A DNA stretch of 64,000 nt from Vicinamibacterales bacterium (lineage in GTDB: Bacteria > Acidobacteriota > Vicinamibacteria > Vicinamibacterales > JAMQPK01): NCBI GenBank assembly GCA_035937795.1, contig DASZHO010000062.1, forward strand, positions 7,467 to 71,466, given 5' to 3'. Under the pieces are notes generated by a model. That model was not told where the DNA came from and ran no database searches. It saw only the letters and a list, made by a program, of their open reading frames with translations. Below are positions 37,563 to 46,500 of this stretch, piece by piece. The first letter of the stretch is position 1. Every line of letters begins with the position of its first letter. The translations under genes were made by a program, and so were the position numbers.

Positions 37563-40500
37563 TACGCGACAGCCGCCTCGGCCTGTCCGGCCAGCAGCTC
37601 CGCAAGAACGGACGCCGTTTCGCGCAGCCCCTTGATTGCTGTCAGCTTCTCCATTGCCCCCTGGAACGCACCGCGTCGAGCGCCTGCGTGCATCTGCTGA
37701 AATGCCGTCAGGATTTCCATGCGCTTGATCGAATCGATCCCCAGGTCTGCCTCGATGTTCGCGTCGGCGTCGAGCATCTCCAGCGGGTACCCGGTGCGCT
37801 CGCTGACGATGTGGAGCAACTGCGACAGAACGTCGGACGCCGAGGTGCCCGCCTGCAGCACGCCCGCAGCGGGCTGAGCGGCCGCCGGCGCAGGCGCCGC
37901 CACCATCACCGCGGCGGGTTGCGACGCGGGTTTCGACGGCGCCGCCACCGCGTGCACGGCAGAGGCAGCGACCGGTGGGGCCACGGGCGACGCCGTCACG
38001 AACTGCGCCGCGCTGTACCCAGCGGGCGGTGCAGGTCGCGGCGTCAACGCTCGCGGCGCAGCAGAAGCGACCGCCGGCAGCGTGGATGGCAGCATGGATG
38101 GGCCGACAGCGGGCGCCCCCTGCAGGTAGGCTGTCATCACGAGGGCTTGCGTCTGCAGGAACTGACTCATGAGCTGCTGAAACTGGCGCATGACGTCGTC
38201 GGAGTCTGTGTCAACCCTGAACTGAGGGCTCGGAATCGGCGAATCTGATTGCATAAGGCCATCCTGAGGAATGGGGATCTCGTCGGAGGATTCAACCGCG
38301 TTCGATGTCGGCGCGGCCAGAGCGCCAACCGGCGCCAAGGCCTGCCGCGACGCCGAGGCCTGCCGCGGCGCCTTCGACCTCGTCTCGTCCTGTCGGCGCG
38401 CCCGTCCGCCGCTGACCATCCAGACGTGCCGGGGGAGCGGTTCGGCCGGCGCCAGGTCCGCGAGCTGGATCGACTCGATCGCGCGACCCCGCCACAATTC
38501 CTCGAAATCGATCGGCACACCGGCAACCGCCAGCTGCGCGACGACGTGGAGCAGTTGTACGACTCCGTGTCGCTCCTGCGAATCCATCGACAGGATCACC
38601 GGACCGTGAACCGACAGCGTCTCGCGCACCAGGCTCGAGAGGACCGCGCGAGGACCGACTTCGACGAAGATCCGGGCACCCTCCCGGTACATCGCGTCCA
38701 GCTGCTCGGCGAACCGGACCGGCGCACTGATGTGTTCGGAAAGGACCCTTCTGATTTCCCCTGGCTCGGCCGGATACGGCGCCGCCAATGTGTTCGAGAA
38801 CACCGGAATCTTCGGTTCGTGAACATCGGTTCGCGCGAGAAGTTCGGCCATCACACGTCCCGCGGGCTGGACGAGCGGCGTGTGGAATGCGCACGCGACG
38901 GGGATTCGCCGCGCCGCCAGACCCGCCGCCGACAAAGCCACGACCGCGGCGTCGATCGCGTCGACGCGTCCAGCCAATACGGTTTGCCTCGGCGAATTCA
39001 CATTCGCGATCCACACATCGGCCGGTTGCGCCAGCACCCGCGTGATCGCGTCCGGCGACGCTGACACCGCGGCCATCGTTCCGGAATGATCGCCAGCGGC
39101 AGCCTTGATCGCGCGGCCACGGGCCGCCGAAATCGCGAAGAGGACATCGGTTGGGAACGCTCCCGCGACCGACAAGGCGACATACTCACCGTAGCTGTGC
39201 CCGGCCGTCATGTCCGGGCGCACGCCAAGCCGTCGAAGCAGATCGCACAGGCCAATCTCGACCGCTCCCAACGCGGGCTGTGCCACGACGGTATCCGTCA
39301 GCTCGCGCAGCTGCTGGTCCGCCTGATCGTCCGAGAACGCGGGCGGCGGGAGCACATACGAGCTCAAGCGTCGCGAGTACTGGCCTGACGTCACACGATC
39401 GGCGACCTCCAGCGCATGCCGCAGATCGGGGAAATGCACGGACAAATCGCGAAGCATGCCCGGATACTGCGAGCCCTGCCCCGGAAACAGGAATGCAACC
39501 TTTCCGACCGGTTCGCGGAGCCCGGACAAGTACAAACCGGCGGCTTCCATCACGTGTGTCTTGCCCGTCTTCAGCGCCTCGCATAAAGCCGCCAGCTTGC
39601 TGCGCAGATCCCTTGGGGAGGAGGCAACGATCGCGAGCCGCACGGCACCGGGTGCCGACCCGCTCGCCGTGCGACAGATCGCTGCTGCGATACTGCGCAA
39701 CGGCACATCGGGAGCGCGCGACAGCCGCTCCTCGAGCTGCTGGAGCGTGGCGAGGAGATGTTGCGGGCTCGGACTGGTGAAATACGCCACTTCCGATGGC
39801 CACGTCTCGGTGGGAGCGGCTTCAGGCAGCGCGCCGGGGCCGCTCCGTTCGTACTCTTCGACGACGACGTGAAAGTTCGTTCCGCCGAAGCCGAACGAGC
39901 TGACGGCCGCTCGCCGCGGCTGCTCGGGGTCTGGCGACGCCACCCACGGGAGTGGCTCGGTGTTGACGAAGAAGGGCGTGCCGGCCTCGCGCAGCTTTGC
40001 GTTCGGCCTGGTCACGTGGAGCGTGGGCGGCAGCACCTTGTGATGCAGCGCGAGCGCCACCTTGAGCAGACCACTGACGCCTGCTGCGGACTTCGTGTGG
40101 CCGATCATCGATTTGATCGACCCGAGCGCGCACGATCCTGGCGGTGTGCCGGCGGCTTCGAACGCGCGCGCAAGGGCGGTGACCTCCGCCGTATCGCCCG
40201 CCACGGTGCCGGTGCCGTGCGCCTCGACCAAGCCAATCGTGGCTGGCGAGAAGCCTGCCGCCGCGTACGCACGCTGGAGAACCCGCACCTGGCCCTCGGG
40301 CCGCGGGGCCGTCAGACCTTTACCGCGGCCGTCGCTCGAGCCCGCTACGCTACGGATGACGGCATATATCCGGTCGCCGTCCCGTTCCGCGTCCGCCACC
40401 CGCTTCAGCACGAGAGCGACCAGCCCCTCGCTGATCACAATCCCGTCGGCGGTGTCGTCGAACGTGCGGCAGCGCCCGGTTGGCGACAACGCCTGCGCGG

Positions 40501-43363
40501 AGCTGAAGCACAGATAACCGAACGGGCTGTTCACCGTATCGATGCCGCCGACGATCACCATGTCGCTGGCGCCAGATTCCAGCTCCCGCGCGGCCACGTA
40601 CACCGCCGCGAGCGACGACGCGCATGCGGCGTCGACGGTGAAGTTCAGACCGCCCAGATTGAGCCGGTTGGCGACACGACCAGCGGCCACGTTCAGCAGC
40701 ACTCCGGCAAAGGAGTCTTCGGTCCATTCCGGCAGCTGCGCGAGCGTCTCCTCCGGCACGGTGTCAAGGTACATTGGCAGGCCCGCCCGGATCCCATAAC
40801 GGAAGCCCAGATCGCCGCCACCGCCGCTGGCGCCGAGGATGACGGAGGTGCGTTCCCGATCGAACGATCGATCGCCGTATCCCGCATCATCGAGCGCCTG
40901 GTAGACGACTTCGAGCGTCAGGAGTTGAAACGGATCGATCGACGGCACCGCCGCAGGCGGAATACCGTACTTCAGCGGATCGAACGGGATTTCGCCGAGA
41001 AACCCGCCCCATTTCGAGTAGATCTTGTCGCGCGCGCGCCGATCGGTGTCGTAGTACCGAGTCGCGTCGAACCGCTCGGGGGGAATCTCGCCAATCGCAT
41101 CGGCCTTGTTGAAGACATTGCTCCACAGCGTGCGCGCGTCGGACGCATGGGGAAGAAGACAGCCGGCGCCGACAATGGCGATCTTCGACGACAACGACGC
41201 GGCGGCCGGCAGCTCCGACTGTGCGGTCACGGACGCGACGACCTTGCCGTTCAAAAGGGCGGTGCTGTCGATCGACACGGCGTGATGCAGGTCCGCGACT
41301 GAACACGTCGCATTGCGGAGCGCGGCCACCTGCCCGATCATGTACATGCCGTCGGCGCGCTGCACCTCCCTGTCAATCGAAACGTAGGCTGTCTGCTCGC
41401 GGCCTCCTTCGCTTGCCCGTGCGATGCCCTTCGAGGCGACGCGCAGCCGGCCGAGGTTCAGGATCTCGAGCTTCAGGCGGATATCGTCAGGTTTTTCACC
41501 CTGGTCAACCAACCGCCTGTGGGTCTCGCGGAACAGGTCGAAGAACGGCGTGTCCGCGCACCTCGTCGCGTGCCCAGGCCCGGATTCCAGCAGCACCGTC
41601 CGGGAGCATTTCACGGCCTCTTCCTGAAATGCTTCGACGATCGCGCCGGTCGCGACGGCTTCCTCGGTGAAGAGATAGGCTGTGCCCATCAGGACGCCAA
41701 TCCGCGCGCCGAGCTTCGCGAGCGGCGCACCGATGGTGGCGACCATCGCCGCCGACCGCGCATCGTGAATGCCGCCGGCAAACACGACGTGGAGCTCGCT
41801 CGCCGGCACGCCGCGCTCAACGGCTTCGATGAGCGTGTCGACCATCGACTCCCAGAGTACGAAGCTGGTCCTCGGCCCCACGTGGCCGCCGCACTCACGC
41901 CCTTCGAAAATAAACCGGCGCGCCCCGTCGTCGAGGAACATCTGAAGAAGCGACGGCGCCGGCACATGCAGGTACGTGGGGATGCCGTGCTTTTCGAGCT
42001 TCGACGCCTGATCCGGACGTCCTCCGGCGATCAGCGCGAACGGTGGTCTGAACTCTTCGATCACGCGCAGCTGCTCTTCCCGGAGCTCGTTCGGAACGAA
42101 CCCGAGAATGCCGACGCCCCAGGAGCGATCTGCGAGCAGCTCCTTCGTTGCGGCGAGCAGCGATCGCACCTCCGGCCCACGCAGGAGCGCAAAGGCCAGA
42201 AACGGCAACCCGCCGGCTTTGGCGACCGCGTCCGCGAAGGGAGCGGTGTCGCTGACTCGCGTCATGGGACCCTGGAGGATTGGGTATTCGGTTCGATGCG
42301 CAACGGCGAGCGGGGCGCCGCGATCGAGGGGCCGCAACTGCTGCGCGGTGGTGACGTGTTCGGACAGCGCTTCCGACAGGCCGGACAGGATTCCGCTCAC
42401 GGATCGGAAGCGGCGAGCCAGCGTGCGCGCAAACGTGGCGTCCTGACCGAGCGGCCACATTGGCGCGCCAACGCCGGTCCAGTTGATGCGCTTCCCGACA
42501 GCCTGCTGCCACTCGGCGTGGGTGTTTGGTTCCGCCGCAATCGTCCGCGCAAGCTCGCTTTCGAGGCGTTGCAGCTCATCGACCGCCTCGAAGCCGGGCC
42601 GGCGGTACACCCGGTAACGATCGGCGAGCTCGCCGCCGAGGCAGACAGTTTCGTCGCCTCCCATCCGGCGCAGGACCTTTTTGACGGCGCCCGGCAGTGC
42701 CGACTCGCGCGCGAGCGCCAACTGCACGTCGAGGACGGCCCCGGCACATCCGGCGACGAAACACGCTCCAATGGTGTGGCAGCCGATTCCTCCATGCGCG
42801 TACACAGGGAGAGTGGTTTCGGCGACAAGCCGCTGGACGAGCACGAAGGTCGTCTCGTCGCCCACCCGGCCGCCCGATTCATGCCCCTTCGCAATCAGCC
42901 CGTTCACACCCAGTTCCGAGCCCAGGCGTGCTTCGTCGGCGGTTGTGCATTCGAGCAAGAGCTCACGGGAAGGTGCGCGCAGGCGATCGATCGAATCGAT
43001 GGTGTCAGCGAGCGCGCGGGTCGCGACGATGACGACATCGATCGCATCAGCGAGATCCCGGCACGGATCGAGCACGCCGGTCGCGTCCACGCGGACGCCG
43101 AGACGACCTGGCTTGTTCCACGTCAGAGCCGCGAGGCTCGCCCTGACTTCCGACGCCGTCATCGCTTCGAGGTTGAGGACGGCCGTGGCGCCAGCCCGCG
43201 CAGCGGCGCGGAGGACGCTGACATCGGGCCATCCAGGCAAGCTCGAAACGATGAAGGGCCAGGCAGTCGTGGTTCGCCCGGTGCGTGGTTCCATGCTCCT
43301 CGTAACGGCGGCGCCGACGAGCAGCGCCTCGATTGCGACAGAAACGTGACTTGCAGGCTGCAC
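37562..43363 (-). CDS. Pfa-like synthase subunit: tandem PfaD/nitronate-monooxygenase-type enoyl reductase domains + KS-AT-ACP
   Basis: ER-like domain 1 (aa ~30-330): 'LIAKGHESGGRVGDETT', 'VYAHGGIG'. ER domain 2 (aa ~350-700): 'PILQGPMTRVSD', 'FEGRECGGHVGPRTS', 'VVFAGGIHD'. KS: 'IAIVGAGCLLPHAS', 'VDAACASSLAAVYVA', 'EAHGTGT', 'SMIGHTKSAAG'. AT: 'FLFPGQGSQY', 'GHSYGEYVALSVAG', 'CAFHT'. ACP: 'DLGIDSIKRMEIL'. The start is uncertain: GTG 43363 or ATG 43294. Confidence 0.9.
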   Translation of the reverse strand: MQPASHVSVAIEALLVGAAVTRSMEPRTGRTTTAWPFIVSSLPGWPDVSVLRAAARAGATAVLNLEAMTASEVRASLAALTWNKPGRLGVRVDATGVLDPCRDLADAIDVVIVATRALADTIDSIDRLRAPSRELLLECTTADEARLGSELGVNGLIAKGHESGGRVGDETTFVLVQRLVAETTLPVYAHGGIGCHTIGACFVAGCAGAVLDVQLALARESALPGAVKKVLRRMGGDETVCLGGELADRYRVYRRPGFEAVDELQRLESELARTIAAEPNTHAEWQQAVGKRINWTGVGAPMWPLGQDATFARTLARRFRSVSGILSGLSEALSEHVTTAQQLRPLDRGAPLAVAHRTEYPILQGPMTRVSDTAPFADAVAKAGGLPFLAFALLRGPEVRSLLAATKELLADRSWGVGILGFVPNELREEQLRVIEEFRPPFALIAGGRPDQASKLEKHGIPTYLHVPAPSLLQMFLDDGARRFIFEGRECGGHVGPRTSFVLWESMVDTLIEAVERGVPASELHVVFAGGIHDARSAAMVATIGAPLAKLGARIGVLMGTAYLFTEEAVATGAIVEAFQEEAVKCSRTVLLESGPGHATRCADTPFFDLFRETHRRLVDQGEKPDDIRLKLEILNLGRLRVASKGIARASEGGREQTAYVSIDREVQRADGMYMIGQVAALRNATCSVADLHHAVSIDSTALLNGKVVASVTAQSELPAAASLSSKIAIVGAGCLLPHASDARTLWSNVFNKADAIGEIPPERFDATRYYDTDRRARDKIYSKWGGFLGEIPFDPLKYGIPPAAVPSIDPFQLLTLEVVYQALDDAGYGDRSFDRERTSVILGASGGGGDLGFRYGIRAGLPMYLDTVPEETLAQLPEWTEDSFAGVLLNVAAGRVANRLNLGGLNFTVDAACASSLAAVYVAARELESGASDMVIVGGIDTVNSPFGYLCFSSAQALSPTGRCRTFDDTADGIVISEGLVALVLKRVADAERDGDRIYAVIRSVAGSSDGRGKGLTAPRPEGQVRVLQRAYAAAGFSPATIGLVEAHGTGTVAGDTAEVTALARAFEAAGTPPGSCALGSIKSMIGHTKSAAGVSGLLKVALALHHKVLPPTLHVTRPNAKLREAGTPFFVNTEPLPWVASPDPEQPRRAAVSSFGFGGTNFHVVVEEYERSGPGALPEAAPTETWPSEVAYFTSPSPQHLLATLQQLEERLSRAPDVPLRSIAAAICRTASGSAPGAVRLAIVASSPRDLRSKLAALCEALKTGKTHVMEAAGLYLSGLREPVGKVAFLFPGQGSQYPGMLRDLSVHFPDLRHALEVADRVTSGQYSRRLSSYVLPPPAFSDDQADQQLRELTDTVVAQPALGAVEIGLCDLLRRLGVRPDMTAGHSYGEYVALSVAGAFPTDVLFAISAARGRAIKAAAGDHSGTMAAVSASPDAITRVLAQPADVWIANVNSPRQTVLAGRVDAIDAAVVALSAAGLAARRIPVACAFHTPLVQPAGRVMAELLARTDVHEPKIPVFSNTLAAPYPAEPGEIRRVLSEHISAPVRFAEQLDAMYREGARIFVEVGPRAVLSSLVRETLSVHGPVILSMDSQERHGVVQLLHVVAQLAVAGVPIDFEELWRGRAIESIQLADLAPAEPLPRHVWMVSGGRARRQDETRSKAPRQASASRQALAPVGALAAPTSNAVESSDEIPIPQDGLMQSDSPIPSPQFRVDTDSDDVMRQFQQLMSQFLQTQALVMTAYLQGAPAVGPSMLPSTLPAVASAAPRALTPRPAPPAGYSAAQFVTASPVAPPVAASAVHAVAAPSKPASQPAAVMVAAPAPAAAQPAAGVLQAGTSASDVLSQLLHIVSERTGYPLEMLDADANIEADLGIDSIKRMEILTAFQQMHAGARRGAFQGAMEKLTAIKGLRETASVLAELLAGQAEAAVA

Positions 43364-43470
43364 GGCCCACAGATTGTCGGGGTCGCTTCCCCGTCAATCG
43401 GTCTGCCGGGCGGTTCGGCGAGTGTGTCGAGAGGACCGCCAAAACGGGAGCGCGGCGATAGCGGGCGATT

Positions 43471-43510
43471 GGTGACGACCGGCTCCCCCTAGGGGCGGCC
43501 GGTCATCACC
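43471..43510 (-). terminator. GC-rich inverted repeat 11 nt downstream of the stop of the 1,156-aa gene (possible intrinsic terminator / operon boundary)
   Basis: 'ggtgacgaccggc' (43471-43483) pairs with 'gccggtcatcacc' (43498-43510) at 12 of 13 positions. The apex holds a nested palindrome 'cccctagggg'. No U-tract follows directly; the nearest 'tttt' on the transcribed strand is ~25 nt further on. Confidence 0.35.
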
Positions 43511-43520
43511 AGCACGTGCC

Positions 43521-46500
43521 TTACTGAAGCTTGCAGGTTATCCCGATGTAATCCCGCAAGTCCGGTGATACGCCTGCCCCGATTGTGAGGATGTCCGGCG
43601 CCGCACACGTCACGAATCCACCCAAATCCAGTCCCGCACCGCAGATATCGGGTGACAGCTGTCCGGCGTTGGTGGCGATCGGAATCGTAATCGTGTCATT
43701 GGACGCTGAGTTCAGGACGTTGCCGTCACTCGTTGCCGACGTCGCACCGGAGCAGACCACGCCGATCTGACGGTTGAGGATCTGGACACTGTCGAACACG
43801 CTCTTGAACCCGGGCTTACCGCCGGGGCAGGTATTGAGGAACTGCATACCGAAGTTCAAGTTCAGGTCAAGGCACGCAGAGAAGACGTTGCAATCGACCG
43901 CGTTGGATACGCCCGGCGTGAAGCAGCCAGGCACGGCCGCCAGCGCGCCGTCGACCTTGTGATTCCCGTCGCGGTCGATCACCAGCGCGACGGTGAAATC
44001 GTTCAGGCGAAGCGCTGTCGGCACAAGGCTTCCTGGTGTTCCAGTGTTCGGGAACAGCATCCGGGGCGGCACGTCGCCCTTGGCGCAGAACAGTAAGGGC
44101 TCGCTTGCATGCAGGTTCAAGTCCGGCGTGATCAGGCAGGCGCCGATCTTGACGAGATCGCCTGTTGGCGAGATCGTGCTGCACGTATCGCCCAGCGCTC
44201 CGTGGCACACGCCCTGTTCCGTACTCGTGAGGAAACCGTTGCCGGTGAAGGTCAGGGTGTCGCAGTTGTCGGCTTTGATCGCGTGACAGTATCCACGCGC
44301 GGCAGCGGTCGCGAGACCAGGAGGGTTATCGACCGTCAGCGTATCGCAGTCGGCCGGCAGAAGGCTGCCCACGTTGGCGCCTGTGTCAAAACAGCCTTGG
44401 TCGTCGCCTGCCTTCAACTTGCCGGCCGCGGTCAGGCTGGCGAACATCATGTTGATGGCATCGTCCGAGAGACCGATGAGGGCGTCCTGGGCGCCCTGCG
44501 ACTGCATGGCTGACATGGTGGGCACCGGCGCCGGCGTCAGGATGATGCCCGGCGTCTGCGCGACACCGGCGTCCACGACCGTCGTCGCAAACGTTCCTTT
44601 GAGTCCGGCCGTGATTCCGGCCGGGGAGATGTGTACCTCGGTTACGGCTCCGCTCACTTTCTGATCGAAGTTCGCCACGACCTGTTCGTCGACCTTGATT
44701 TGTTTCAACTTGACCGGGTCCGGTTGACTGGCCCCGATCTGCGTCGAGAAGTCCTGCACCGTCGAGAAGTCGATGTGCGGGTTGATGTCGACAGCGCCAA
44801 ACGTGAAAATCGTCACGACGACATTGCACAACACGCTCAAGCCGCAGAAATCGACGCCCACCGATCCATTCGAGGCGGCAGTCGCGCCTGCATTGAAATT
44901 GGAGTTCGAGAACGTGTTCGTGAGCAGGTTGTTTTCCGTCACGTCGAACCCGAGGTTGATGCCTGTCACGTCGGCGAAGGCATCCCCCTCGACCTTGACG
45001 CCCTCGACGCAGATGGTGTCGCCCCAGTCGCCGCCGGTACCATACGCGTGCACATCGACGTGGATGTCTGGCAGGCCGACGGTGACATGGAAGAAGCCGT
45101 CATGGAAGTCGGTGTTGCAAGCAAAGTTATTGCCGACGCTGACGTTCGTGATGCTCAACGTGACGTCGGGGTCGCTCGCGCACGGCACGCTCGGCTTGAT
45201 GTGCTGCTGGCCGATGCTGTTGATGCCATCGGTGATCTTCTTTTTGAAAATCTGCGCGGGTGTCATGCCGTTGAACGGGCTCGTCGGATCGTCGAGCGGT
45301 TTGTTGCACAGGTTACTGAACAGCGTCTGTGTGCCGGCCGCCGAGAGCCCCACGATGAACGCATTCTGCAGATCGGTGGATGCCGGATCCATCGCGATTT
45401 GAACCTGGTCCTGGACCAGCTGCTTCAGCTGGTCATTCACCGCAGCTTGGATGGCCGCGCTCTGAAACACTCTGGCGTTCGGGTCTATGCCGATGGGCGC
45501 GACGGCGCCGGTGGCAAAGATCAAGTTCTTGTACGTCCGGCTTCCGCCTATTTCCCTCGCGGATACGGCGAGCCGATTCGTGCCGGCGTCGAATGTGCCG
45601 AGCGGCGCATCGTGCGTCTGGAGGACATCGCGCACTAGGTCGGTTTGATCCAGCGTTGTGTTGATCGCCACCGTGTAGACATCGCCGGTGGTCGTGCCGT
45701 TGCCGGCCACGTGCGTCTCGCCGGCAACCGACAGCGTCTTCCCGTTGATGTTCACGTCGACAATCTGAGTACCGCTGCACACCTGGCCGGCCACGGGAGT
45801 CGGCACGATCGGTGTGATCTCCCCGGGCACCGGATCGGTGATCGAGATCGCAAATACGGACGAGGTGCCCTTGTCGGCGAGACGTTCAAAGCACCCTCTG
45901 CGATCGTCGTGCTCTTCCTCGTCCCCCCTCCCAAACCTCCCATCGTGGTGCTCTTCTTCGTCCTTCTCCCCGAACCTCCCGTCGTGGTGCTCTTCTTTGT
46001 CCAGGTCCAGCTCATGGGCACTGACGTTGAAGACGTGGCCTCCGCACGAGAGGTCCTGCAGGGTCACCCGGACCGTGTTCGACGACAGCGAACTGATATT
46101 CGACGCGATGTCGACAATCAAATTCGTATAGCTCAGCGGTTGCCCATTGATCGTCGCCGTACCGTTGCACGGTGACAGGGGGGTGCAACCGAGGTAATTG
46201 GGAACGCTGGTCAGGAGGTCGCCGCCATCCACGTACAGATGGAGGGAGGACGGATTGGTGAGCGGAACAGCCGCGAGGACGTTCGTCGCGGTGCTCGAGG
46301 CGCTCACCACGGCGCCTTGCGGCTGGACCACCTCGACCCAAGGAATGGTTGAGCAGAACGCTTCTGCCCTCTGTCCTTGATCCTCGACCGTGACATGCAG
46401 GAGCGGAACCGGCGCGACGACGGTATATTCGTGTTCGCGTTGATTGTACGAAAATCGCCATTCATGCCGCGATAGCTCGCTGGCCAGGCGGGCCTCGTCG

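Noticed and set aside
29539-43363. Canonical EPA/DHA-type PUFA synthase (pfaABCD)
   Set aside because: No tandem ACP array, no KS-CLF pair (both KS domains keep the active-site Cys), no FabA-type DH pair and no AGPAT domain. The context is rich in GTs and MTs. I therefore call it Pfa-like only.
45885-46001. CRISPR-like or minisatellite interpretation of the 39-nt repeats (also 56485-56562)
   Set aside because: The repeats are directly adjacent with no spacers, number only 2-3 copies, are in frame inside coding sequence, and no cas genes are present.
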